Part shown: one piece after another, positions 42,256 through 51,334 of the stretch
How positions within the stretch are numbered: the stretch's first letter is position 1
Layout of the letters: every line of letters begins with the position of its first letter
Assembly (NCBI GenBank): GCA_003164955.1
Contig: PLRW01000247.1
Coordinates: 81,403-145,402 of the forward strand
Reading direction: 5' to 3'
DNA: 64,000 nucleotides
Source of the DNA: Actinomycetota bacterium
Lineage (GTDB): Bacteria; Actinomycetota; Actinomycetes; Streptosporangiales; Streptosporangiaceae
Program-made: the position numbers and the translations under genes
The notes under the pieces: generated by a model
What the model saw: only the letters and a program-made list of their open reading frames with translations
What the model was told of the DNA's origin: nothing
Database searches by the model: none

Positions 42256-42460
42256 TGAGTGACGCGGTGCTCTTCGATGCCCGGGACGACGGGATCGGTC
42301 ACCACCCTGAACCGGCCGCAGACCCGTAATTGCCTGGCTCCGGACGTCCGCGAGGGTCTGTTCGCCACCTGGGACCGCTTTGAGCGGGACCCCCCTGCGC
42401 GTCGCCATCCTCACCGCTGCGGGGGAGCATGCCTTCTGCGCCGGCGGACTTTCCAGGTGC
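42255..42460 (+). pseudogene. enoyl-CoA hydratase (crotonase) 5' fragment with at least 2 frameshifts
   Basis: Three frames carry consecutive pieces: VSDAVLFDARDDGI / VTTLNRPQTRNCLAPDVREGLFATWDRFERDP / LRVAILTAAGEHAFCAGG. The remaining ~200 codons of a crotonase are absent. Confidence 0.6.
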
Positions 42461-42647
42461 CGCAAGGGTGGGCGTGTCCCGGGTGCTGTGGCAGCCGGGG
42501 GGTTCGGCCGGTCGGCCACGTGGAACGTCGGATCATAAGCCCGGAATGTGGCGCCGGTTATCTAATTCGCAGACGTCGCGGCGGGGACAGGAAGCTGGCC
42601 TTGACGCAATTGCGTGATACATTTTCCAAAGAGGGAATATTACCCAA

Positions 42648-42674
42648 GATCGTACTGATCGTACTGATCGTACC
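42648..42674. repeat. 9-bp tandem repeat x3 inside a strongly AT-rich junction (about 42615-42760)
   Basis: GATCGTACT GATCGTACT GATCGTACC. The 12-bp palindrome ACGCAATTGCGT lies at 42604-42615. Confidence 0.9.
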
Positions 42675-42911
42675 TATTAATACTAAATAGTTTAATTGTC
42701 ACGATATGATGCATTCTTTTACTTTATCGTATGTTTACAATGTTCGTACCCGATAAGTCATATCTGGCGAACCCGTGAATAGGGCGCTGCTGTTGATCTA
42801 TGCTGCCCATGAGTGCGGGGTGGGAGTTTGGGGCGGGTTCCGCCTACCCGGAAATGTTCGGCGTGTGCCGCTTGCAACCTTCCTCTCGCCCGTGAAGAGG
42901 GGGGCAACGAT

Positions 42912-43904
42912 ATGGGAATCAGGCGTATGCGCGGTACGGCGCTGCTTCTTGCGGTCGTGACATTGGGGTTCGCCGCGGCATGCTCGAGCACCGGAAGCAG
43001 GGCAGAGGCCTCTCGGGTGGAAAAGCCGGACCTGACCGTCGCCGTCGTTCCGGCCGTGGACTCCGCGGGCTTCTTCGTCGCGCTCTACGAGGGCCTGTTC
43101 AAGGCTCAAGGGCTGAACGTGAAGTTCGTCCCTGCCATCAGCAGCGAGACAGCGATCGCCAACCAGGTAAGCGGCCAATACGACATTACCTGCGGCAATT
43201 ACGTTTCCTACATCCAGGCTCAGCAAAGCCACCAGGCCGACCTGTACATCCTCGCCGAGGGATCGACGCTGCAGCCCGGAGTTGTCAGCATCTACACCAG
43301 GCCGGGCTCGCCGATCAGGACCGTCGAGGAACTGAAGGGCCGTACGATCGCCATCAACGCCCCGAAGAACATCCTGTACTTGCTGGCCGCATCCACTCTC
43401 GCCGAGCACGGGGTCTCCCTCGCGGACGTGCATTTCACCGTCGCGAAGAATGGGTTCCCCGCGATGCCCGCCGAACTCACTGCCGACGCGTTCGACGCGG
43501 CTGTCATCGCCGAGCCGTTCGGCAGCGTCGCGGAAGAGGCCGCTGGCGCCGTGCCGCTGGCCGACCTCAACGAGGGCGCGACCGCGGGCTTCCCGATCGA
43601 GGGTTACGCCGTGACCAAGCAGTGGGCACGGAAGTACCCGCGCACGCTGGCGGCGTTCTACAAGGCGCTGGAAGAGGGCCAGGAGATCGCGGGCACCAAC
43701 CGGGCCGTGCTCGAGACGTCCCTGGAGCACCTGCTCGGTTTGTCCAGGCAGACGACGGCGATCATGTCGGCGTCGGCCTTCCCCGTGGGCTCGGGTCCGG
43801 TCGGCACCGTGGATAAGATACGCCTGCAGCGCGTAGTCAACCTCATGCAGCAGTTCATCGGGTTCCCGGCGTTCAACATCGATTCGATGCTGATGCGTGG
43901 CTGA
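42912..43904 (+). CDS. ABC transporter substrate-binding lipoprotein (NitT/TauT/SsuA-like), orphan
   Basis: Start at ATG 42912 (MGIRRMRGTALLLAVVTLGFAAAC lipobox). LTVAVVPAVDSAGFFVA..., GQYDI.CGNY. No permease or ATPase genes adjacent. Confidence 0.8.
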   Translation: MGIRRMRGTALLLAVVTLGFAAACSSTGSRAEASRVEKPDLTVAVVPAVDSAGFFVALYEGLFKAQGLNVKFVPAISSETAIANQVSGQYDITCGNYVSYIQAQQSHQADLYILAEGSTLQPGVVSIYTRPGSPIRTVEELKGRTIAINAPKNILYLLAASTLAEHGVSLADVHFTVAKNGFPAMPAELTADAFDAAVIAEPFGSVAEEAAGAVPLADLNEGATAGFPIEGYAVTKQWARKYPRTLAAFYKALEEGQEIAGTNRAVLETSLEHLLGLSRQTTAIMSASAFPVGSGPVGTVDKIRLQRVVNLMQQFIGFPAFNIDSMLMRG

Positions 43905-43989
43905 CCAGCTTTTACGGTTTCCGGCGAAGTGCTGCTGCCCCATGCGGGAATGTAGGGCTTCCGCTGGTTGGTGAGCGGCCGCCGGCTTC

Positions 43990-44409
43990 TTCAGTCCGGC
44001 GCGTAGCCGAGGATGCCCTTGATCTCCAGGTAGTCGTGGAAGCCGAACTCGCCCCACTCGCGCCCGTCGCCGTGGTCAGATGGCCGGCCCCGAGCCCCAC
44101 CTGGAAGCCGCCGGCCAGCGCGGCCGGGGCGCCCATCTCCTCGGTCAGCGCTGCGGCGAGGTCACCGGAACGCTTCTGGTACACGTCGAGGACGTTCTGG
44201 AGGACCTCGATCCGGTCCTTGCTGCTGGTGGCCGACCAGGCGGCGAAGGCTTCCCGGGCGGCCGCGACCGCCCGGTCCACGTCCGCGGCCGAGCCAACCG
44301 CGACCGTGCCGCACACCTGCTCAGTCGCGGGATTGACGACATCCATGGTCCGCGGCTCGGCCGGAGCGGCCCACCGGCCGCCGATGTAGAACGTCAGGTA
44401 CTCACGCAT
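43990..44409 (-). pseudogene. aldehyde dehydrogenase with a large internal deletion
   Basis: The first ~115 codons are ALDH-like (MREYLTFYIGGRWAAP...VVNPATEQV...AFAAW...LTEEMGAPAALAGGFQVGLGAGHL). In another frame the last 24 codons, REWGEFGFHDYLEIKGILGYAPD-stop, are the canonical ALDH C-terminus. About 350 codons are missing. Confidence 0.7.
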
Positions 44410-44472
44410 GACTCGTCCATTCCTCTCCCGGCGGGCCCGGCGGATTCCCTCGCGCGCAGGCCGGCCTTCCGG

Positions 44473-45591
44473 TCACTGCATTCCTTCCGCGTACCACGTG
44501 CGGAACTCGGCGTACTGCGGCATCTCCTCGGAATTGGCCTTCGGGTCGACCGTCACGTGGATGACTCCCGGCCGGCCGCTGGCCCAGGCCCGCTTGATGG
44601 CGGGGACGATGTCCTCGTCGCGTTCGACGTATTCGCCGTAACAGCCGAAACCCTCGGCGACCTTGTCCAGGCGGGTGCTCGTGCTCCAGTGCACGCCCGG
44701 CTTCGACGACTCCTGGCCGAAGGTGCGCTTGTAGACGCCCACCTCCAGGCCCCAGGCGTAGTCCACGCCCACGACGCAGACGAGCGGCAGGTTCAGCCGC
44801 GCCGCGGTCTCCAGCTCCTCGACGTGGAAGAGGAACGACGAGTCCCCGGTGATCAGCATCACCGGCCGCTTCCCGCCGTCTGCCACCGAGGCGCCGATGG
44901 CGTAGGGGAGCCCGGTGCCGAGGTGGCCGAAGTTCTGGTTCCACAGCACGTCATGCGGCTTCGCCTGTGAATAGGTCCAGCCGAAGATGGTGGTGGCTCC
45001 GCCGTCGCGGGCCATGATGCCGTCCGCCGGGAAGACCTTGGTCGCCTCCACGATCAGGCGCGCGGGATGCACGGGTGACATCCCGGCCGGGGCCGTCTCC
45101 GCCAGTTCGGCGAGCTGCGCCGCATCCTGGGCGATCCAGGCGTCAAGCCGCGGGGACGGGGTGCGCGGTGTGTCCTTCAGCGCGCCGGTGAGCTGCGGGA
45201 CGACCGCCCGCAGGTCACCGGCCAAGGGCACGTCGATCGGCCGGTTCACGCCGATGGCCGCGGGGTCCTGCTCGATGAGGATCCAGGTGCGGTTGGCCTC
45301 GCCTCCGGCCCAGTGACGGCCCCGGCCGTAGTGCACCGGCTCGCCGAGTTCGGTGCCGATGGCCAGGCACAGGTCGGATGTGACCACCGCGTCGACCGCC
45401 GCCGCGGAGAAGCCGTAGGGGAAGGTGCGGTCTTCGAGCCCCTTGATGTAGGAGGTGCCGCCGGACGTCTGGATGACCGGGCAGGCCATCACGTCGGCGA
45501 GCGCCTTGACCTGTTCCCCGGCCCGGGCCGTGTGGACGCCGTGCCCGGCGAGCAGCGCCGCCGCGCTGCCGGTCACGGCGGGCGGCCACAA
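44473..45591 (-). pseudogene. thiamine-diphosphate enzyme (acetolactate synthase-like), 5'-truncated: the PYR domain is missing
   Basis: 372 aa with only the middle and PP domains (GTGLPYAIGA..., ITGDSSFLF). Homology starts at ...AALLAGHGV, right at the junction with the GH54 fragment. Confidence 0.65.
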
Positions 45592-46603
45592 GGTGTACGG
45601 CCTCTACATCGCCGGGCAGACCGGCTACCGGGACAACAGCACGCACGGCGTCGCGGTCAACGGTCAGGCCGAGGGCATGTACATGGTGGCCAGCGGCACC
45701 CACGTCAACTCCGGCTGCTGCTTCGACTTCGGCAACGCCGAGACCAACACCCACGACAACGGCAACGGGCACATGGACGCCGTCAACCTCGGCACGGAGT
45801 GCTACTTCGCGCCGTGCACGGGGAGCGGCCCCTGGGTCGAGGCCGACATGGAAAACGGCCTGTTCTCCGGCGGGAACGGCCCCAACACCGCCAACGACGG
45901 GAACAACAGCGACTTCGTCACCGCGCTGCTGAAGAACAATGGGCAGACGACTTACGCGCTCAAGGGCGGCAACGCCCAATCCGGCGGCCTGACGACCTGG
46001 TGGAACGGGGCCCTTCCCGACCTCGGCGGCTACACGCCGATGCACCAGGAGGGCGCCATCGTGCTGGGCACCGGCGGGGACAATAGCAATGCCTCCGTCG
46101 GCACCTTCTTCGAGGGCGTGATGACCGCGGGCTACCCGACCGACGCCGCCGACAACGCCGTCCAGGCGAATATCACCTCCGTCGGCTACTCCGGCGCGTC
46201 CAACGGCGGGACGCCGCCCGCGGGCACGATCACCGGCCCGGGCGGGCAGTGCGCCGACGTCCTCGGCGACGACACCGGGACCGACGGGGCGATTGCGGAC
46301 CTGTGGAACTGCCAGTCCTCTGCCATCGACCAGCATTGGACCCATAACTCCGACGACTCGCTCGGCACGCTCGGCCGCTGCCTGGACATCGACGGGGACG
46401 GCACCGCGGTCGGCACCAAGGTCGAGATCTGGGACTGCAACGGCGTCGGCGGCCAGAAGTGGGTCCAGCAGTCCAACGGTTCGCTGCTCAATCCGCAGTC
46501 GGGGCTGTGCCTCGATGACCCGAGCGGCAACACCGCGAACGGCACGCAGCTGCAGATCTACACCTGCAACGGCACCGCCGCTCAGCAGTTCGCGCTGAGC
46601 TAG
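45581..46603 (+). pseudogene. GH54 alpha-L-arabinofuranosidase B catalytic domain + ricin-type (CBM13) lectin, 5'-truncated
   Basis: GGHKVYGLYIAGQTGYRDN...AEGMYMVASGTHVNSGCCFDFGNAE...GPWVEADMENGLFSG...EGAIVLGTGGDNSN matches the ArabFuran-catal domain from about residue 130. C-terminal QHW/QKW/QQF beta-trefoil repeats. No signal peptide or start upstream. Confidence 0.65.
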
Positions 46604-46797
46604 ATCCCGCCCGGGTCACTGACGTCCGGCCCCGGCCGGCATAATGGCGTTCAGCACCGACAGTCCCAGGGCCAGGACCAGCGGATCCCGGCAAACCACT
46701 GCTCCCGCGACCCGCGCCCGAAGATGTGGCTGGTGCAGCCGAGGTACAGCGTCAGAGGGTCGGAGCTGCTGACCCGGTACCCGCTGGAGGACCGGTA

Positions 46798-47742
46798 GTG
46801 GAGCTCACGGTCGCCCGGCCCGACCAGCGGTCCCGGCTGGACCGGCTCGCCGATGCTCTGGACCGGTTTTTGCTGCCCCTGGTCCTGATCGCGGCGGCCC
46901 TGGGACTCGGCTTCCCCGGTCCCGGGCGCCGCGCCGATGCCGCGGGCGCCATCCTGGTCGCGCTCGCGGTCCTGGTGTTCTGCACCGGCGCCGGGATGAC
47001 CTTCAGCGAGATGGGCGCCATCCGGGCCGCGGGCCGCCGGCTGGCCGTCGTGCTGCCGGTCACTACCGTTGTTTTGCCCATCCTCGCCTGGCTGGCCAGC
47101 CGCCTCGTCAGCGGCGCCGCCCTGCGCGGGGGCATCCTCTCGGCTGGCGTCGCGCCCGCCGAGGTCGCCTCGGTCGCCCTGACCGGTCTCGCGGGCGGGG
47201 AACCGGTCCTGGCGGCCGGGCTCCTCACCACGTCCACGGCTGCGACCGTGCTGCTGGCCGGGCCCATCCTCGGCATTGCCGGCGCGCACTCCTCAGCCTC
47301 GCAGCTCGGGCTGCTGGTCACCCTGGCCCTGGTGGTAGCTCTCCCGCTGATCGCCGGATCCGGGATGCGGTCCCTCGATCCATTCCGCGGGCGCGATCGG
47401 CCGGTCATCCGGGTGCTGGGCACGGCCAGCCTGCTGGTACTGCTGTGGGAGGTGGCGAGCCAGATCCAGCTGAGCGCCAGCGACCTCCACGTCCTCCTGG
47501 CTCTCCTGGCTTATCTCGCCGGTGGCGTGATCCTGGGCTGGCTCCTGGCGATCGGCGCGCCACCGGGACAGCGGACCGCCATCGTGCTGCCGACCGCGAT
47601 GCGGGACTTCGCCGTCGCCGCAGGCATCGCTACCAGCGCGTTCGGGGCCGCGGCGGCAGCTCCGCCGGGCATCTACGGGCTTCTGGTGCTGATCTTCGGC
47701 ACCGTAGCGGTCTACGTGGCGCGCCGGCGTGAGTCAGGTTGA
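46798..47742 (+). CDS. bile acid:Na+ symporter (SBF/ACR3-like) family transporter
   Basis: Multi-TM protein (LDRFLLPLVLIAAALGLGFP..., AGVAPAEVASVALT...). Start uncertain: the track ORF begins at 46726, and I prefer GTG 46798. Confidence 0.65.
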   Translation: MELTVARPDQRSRLDRLADALDRFLLPLVLIAAALGLGFPGPGRRADAAGAILVALAVLVFCTGAGMTFSEMGAIRAAGRRLAVVLPVTTVVLPILAWLASRLVSGAALRGGILSAGVAPAEVASVALTGLAGGEPVLAAGLLTTSTAATVLLAGPILGIAGAHSSASQLGLLVTLALVVALPLIAGSGMRSLDPFRGRDRPVIRVLGTASLLVLLWEVASQIQLSASDLHVLLALLAYLAGGVILGWLLAIGAPPGQRTAIVLPTAMRDFAVAAGIATSAFGAAAAAPPGIYGLLVLIFGTVAVYVARRRESG

Positions 47743-47979
47743 CGGAGGCTCGTCCGGGTCGGCTTCGCCCCCCAGCCAGGCCAGGGTGCGCTGGGCATCT
47801 TCCTCGTCAATTCGCGCGAGGGCAAAACCGACATGAACCAGGACCCAGTCCCCGGCGACGACTTCATCAGGAAGCAGGGCCAGGATGACGGAACGCCTGA
47901 CCCCTGAAACCTCGACGGTCCCGACCCGGAAATCTTCGTCGATGATCTCGATGAGCTGCCCGGGGATACCTAGGCACAT
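47734..47979 (-). CDS. hypC: hydrogenase assembly chaperone HypC/HupF
   Basis: 81 aa, with the MCLGIPGQ N-terminal signature. Confidence 0.9.
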   Translation of the reverse strand: MCLGIPGQLIEIIDEDFRVGTVEVSGVRRSVILALLPDEVVAGDWVLVHVGFALARIDEEDAQRTLAWLGGEADPDEPPST

Positions 47980-47994
47980 CGTCGTACCTCGTTT

Positions 47995-48348
47995 TCATGT
48001 TCCGGCCCGCGGTCCGGCCGCCGTCCATGTGCCCACGCTGAGGTCGGCGGCCGCGGCCCTGATGAGCCCATCACCGCCGCACTCTGGGCACGGGCTGGGA
48101 AGCCGGCCCGGATACTCGTGCTCACAGTCCAGGCACTGCAGGCGGTGCTCCTCGCGCACGATGACCAGCGCGGCCCCGCTGAGCGGTCCGCCCGAGGTGA
48201 CCCGGTCCCATGCCGTGCGTACCGTGACGCTGCGCGCGCCCGGTCCCAGCCGCAGCGTGACTGACTGCACCGTTGTTCCGTGGCTGCGACGTTCCACTTC
48301 GCGCACGGCCTGAGCAACGAGGCCCCATTCATGCAATGCCGACGACAC
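47995..48348 (-). CDS. hypA: hydrogenase nickel-insertion protein HypA
   Basis: 117 aa. LHEWGL near the N-terminus and CLDC...CPEC zinc motif. Confidence 0.8.
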   Translation of the reverse strand: MSSALHEWGLVAQAVREVERRSHGTTVQSVTLRLGPGARSVTVRTAWDRVTSGGPLSGAALVIVREEHRLQCLDCEHEYPGRLPSPCPECGGDGLIRAAAADLSVGTWTAAGPRAGT

Positions 48349-48829
48349 CCCAGTCCGTCAGAACGCCGATCCCCCGCGCCACCATGTCGCCGAGGGCGCC
48401 GGCCGCCACTGCGGTGAGCCCCAGACCCAGCTCCAGCGATGCCGGGACCATCGTGACGGCCAGCACCCGCTGCGGTGCGCGGCCGGCGAGTGCCGCGGTG
48501 GCGAGCAGCTCCGGGACACCTAGCTGATGAGCAGACAAGCACAACCGCAGGCCCTTGCATGTAACTTCGGGACCGAACACGAGGACCGTGCCGGGCGGCT
48601 CTCCGGTGCCGGCCACGGCGTCGAAGAGGAGGAGGCTGTCGCGTCCTTCCACCTCCGCGAAGAGCGAAAGACCCAGGGTCCCGCCGTCGAGGACGTCGAT
48701 GCCGGGAAGCTTTCTCGCCGCCAGTGCCGTCGCCGCGGCCACACCGACGCCCTCGTCCCGGTAAAGGGTGTTGCCCACGCCGAGCACCAGGGTGCCGGCG
48801 CGCCCGGGCCGGTCGTCAGCGGCCAGCAC
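48329..48829 (-). CDS. hydrogenase maturation endopeptidase (HyaD/HybD/HupD family)
   Basis: 166 aa. LVLGVGNTLYRDEGVGV, FDAV, SAHQLG. Confidence 0.85.
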   Translation of the reverse strand: MLAADDRPGRAGTLVLGVGNTLYRDEGVGVAAATALAARKLPGIDVLDGGTLGLSLFAEVEGRDSLLLFDAVAGTGEPPGTVLVFGPEVTCKGLRLCLSAHQLGVPELLATAALAGRAPQRVLAVTMVPASLELGLGLTAVAAGALGDMVARGIGVLTDWGVVGIA

Positions 48830-49607
48830 GTGCCGTCCCTTCGCCGTCGTCCGTGGCGCTGCCGGTGCGGGGAGACCGGCGTCGCAGGCGGACCGCTTCG
48901 CCGTTCTCCGCCAGCCGGCTCCGCGGGAGGGTTTTCCAGCCGGTGATCATCGAGGAGATCTCGCCGGATCGTTCCTCCCTATCGAACATCCAGGCCGAGT
49001 AGACGTGATGGATAACGAAGGCGATGGTCAGCCACATGACGATGTCGTGCAGGAGCCTTACCTCGGGGATCGGGAGCACCGTATAAACCCAGCCCGTCGC
49101 GGCCCACATCACGCCGTGGGTATTGGCCAGGGCTTCCAGCGCGAACCCGGTGAGAGCCTGCAGGGCGAACATCATGAAGAGCACGACGTAGGTCGCTCCG
49201 GCCAGGGGGTTGTGGCCGACCGCCGGGGGGCCTTCCAGCCGGCGGAACAGGTAGTACTCGAGGGTCGGCCGGATCTGCCGCCGCCGTTCCCGGCTGATGG
49301 GCAGGAGCTCGTCCCAGCGGGCCCACCGGTTCCCGGCGAAGGCCCAGTAAACCCGGGCGACGAGGACGGCCGCGAAAATCCAGCCGGTCGTGATGTGGAT
49401 GGTGCGGACGACCCCCATCGTGAACCCCGACGCGCTGGATGACCCGAACAGTGGATCAGCGATGTAGAAGCCGGTGACCGCCAGCACGATGATGCTGGCC
49501 ACCAGCATCCAGTGCAGGATGCGAACGGGAAGGTCCCATACCTTGACCCGGGCGATGTCACTGCCGTCGCCGGCCGTCACCGGGTGCTTCTCCTCGATGG
49601 CGGTCAC
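48816..49607 (-). CDS. Ni/Fe-hydrogenase b-type cytochrome subunit
   Basis: Start set at GTG 49607 (GTGA overlap with the large-subunit stop). VWDLPVRILHW..., four TM helices, conserved His residues. Unusually long Arg-rich C-terminal tail. Confidence 0.8.
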   Translation of the reverse strand: MTAIEEKHPVTAGDGSDIARVKVWDLPVRILHWMLVASIIVLAVTGFYIADPLFGSSSASGFTMGVVRTIHITTGWIFAAVLVARVYWAFAGNRWARWDELLPISRERRRQIRPTLEYYLFRRLEGPPAVGHNPLAGATYVVLFMMFALQALTGFALEALANTHGVMWAATGWVYTVLPIPEVRLLHDIVMWLTIAFVIHHVYSAWMFDREERSGEISSMITGWKTLPRSRLAENGEAVRLRRRSPRTGSATDDGEGTARAGR

Positions 49608-51334
49608 TGGACCTCGACCCTCAGCAGCTCGGTGCCGTCGGCGTCGAGAATGTGCGCGGCGCAGGCCATGCACGGGTCGAAGGAGTGGAGCGTGCGGAGA
49701 ATCTCCAGCGGCTGGGCCGGATTGTGGACCGGCGTTCCCACCAGCGCCGCCTCATAGGGGCCTCGCTGCCCGGAAGCGTCGCGGGGCCCCGCGTTCCAGG
49801 TCGTCGGGGCCACCACCTGGTAATTCGACACCTTGCCGTTGCTGATCTCCACCCAGTGCGACAGCGCCCCCCGTGGTCCCGCGTGCAGCCCGAAACCACG
49901 GGCGGCCGACGGCCAGGTGGCGGGATCCCACTTGCTGTCATCGAACGTCTGGGTGTCGCCCGACGCGATCCGCTCACGCAGCTGGGCCAGCACGGCCAGG
50001 GCTTGCTGAGCGACGACCACTGTCTCCACGCCACGGGCCAGCTGCCTGCCGAGCGTGGAGAACAGGGCGTCAGTCCCGAGATGGAGCTGGCTGAGAGTGC
50101 TGTCGATCAGGGTCTTCACCTGCGGACGCCCGTCCGCATAGCTGATGAGCATGCGAGCCAGCGGGCCTGTTTCCATCACCGCCCCGCCGTAGCGGGGAGA
50201 CTTCAGCCACGAGTAGCGCGAGCCGACGTCGAGGTGATCATACGGCGGGGCCGGCCCGGTATAGTTCGGATGCGTCTCGCCCTTATAGGGCTGGAGCGCC
50301 TGATCGTCCCCGCCGGAGTAGCTGTACCACGAGCGGGCCACCTCCTCGGTGAGCCGCATCGGGTCCAGCGACTCGACCCGGGTCAGGTCGCGATTGCGGA
50401 TCACCCCGGACGGGAAGAAGAGAGTTTCGTTGTTGAGCGCGCCGCCTCGCGGTGGATCACCGGTCGAGGAGAAGTCGCCGAAATCGAGGTAGTTGCCCGT
50501 CCCGCCGCCGATCTTGGCCCATTCCGGATAGTAGGAGGAAATGGCTACGAGGTCCGGCAGCAGTGCCTGGGTGACAAAGTCCAGGCCAGCCTGGAAGAGA
50601 TCCTGGAGCTGGGTGAGCCCTTCGTCGTTCAGGGCGTCGGCGCTGTTCAGGTCGATCGGCCGCGCGATCCCGCCGACCAGGTAAGTCTGGGGGTGCGGGT
50701 TCTTCCCGCCCAGGTAGGCCTGGACACGGATGAAATTCCGCTGGAACTGCAGGGCGTCCAGGTAGTGACTGACGGCCAGCAGGTCGACCTCGGGCGGGAG
50801 TTTGTAGGCGGGATGTCCCCAGTACCCGTTGGCGAAGGGGCCCAGGTTCCCGCCCTTGACGAAGGCCTGGAGCTTGCCCTGAACCCCCCGGAAATAGCTG
50901 GCCCCGGCGACCGGGTAATCCGAGATCGATGCCTGAATCGCGGCGGTCTTTACCGGGTCGGCGCGGAGCGCGGCGAGCACATCTACCCAGTCGAATGCCT
51001 GCAGTTGGTAAAAGTGGATCGTGTGGTCGTGGATGGTCTGACTGAGCGCGATCAGGTCGCGGATCAGCGACGCCGCGAGCGGCGGTGTGATCCCGAGTGC
51101 ATCCTCCACGGCCCGTACCGATGCCAGGGCGTGCACCGTGGTGCATACACCGCAGACTCGCTGGGCGAACAGCCATGCCTCGCGCGGGTCCCGCCCGAGG
51201 ATCACGTTCTCGATCCCCCGCCACATGGTGCCCGACGACCACGCATCGGTCACCCGGCCGCCCTCAACCTGCGCCTCCACCCGCAGGTGGCCCTCAATTC
51301 GCGTGACAGGATCCACGACAATCCGCTGGCTCAC
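49604..51334 (-). CDS. [NiFe] hydrogenase large subunit (group 1 / uptake type)
   Basis: 576 aa. DPVTRIEGH, QRVCGVCTTVH (N-terminal CxxC), C-terminal DPCMACAAH followed by a 15-aa cleavable extension. Confidence 0.95.
   Translation of the reverse strand: MSQRIVVDPVTRIEGHLRVEAQVEGGRVTDAWSSGTMWRGIENVILGRDPREAWLFAQRVCGVCTTVHALASVRAVEDALGITPPLAASLIRDLIALSQTIHDHTIHFYQLQAFDWVDVLAALRADPVKTAAIQASISDYPVAGASYFRGVQGKLQAFVKGGNLGPFANGYWGHPAYKLPPEVDLLAVSHYLDALQFQRNFIRVQAYLGGKNPHPQTYLVGGIARPIDLNSADALNDEGLTQLQDLFQAGLDFVTQALLPDLVAISSYYPEWAKIGGGTGNYLDFGDFSSTGDPPRGGALNNETLFFPSGVIRNRDLTRVESLDPMRLTEEVARSWYSYSGGDDQALQPYKGETHPNYTGPAPPYDHLDVGSRYSWLKSPRYGGAVMETGPLARMLISYADGRPQVKTLIDSTLSQLHLGTDALFSTLGRQLARGVETVVVAQQALAVLAQLRERIASGDTQTFDDSKWDPATWPSAARGFGLHAGPRGALSHWVEISNGKVSNYQVVAPTTWNAGPRDASGQRGPYEAALVGTPVHNPAQPLEILRTLHSFDPCMACAAHILDADGTELLRVEVQ

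Noticed and set aside
37460-42780. Integrase, transposase, tRNA or att-like direct repeats bounding the lower-GC island
   Set aside because: None was found on either strand. The borders show only palindromes and an AT-rich junction, so I do not call a mobile element.
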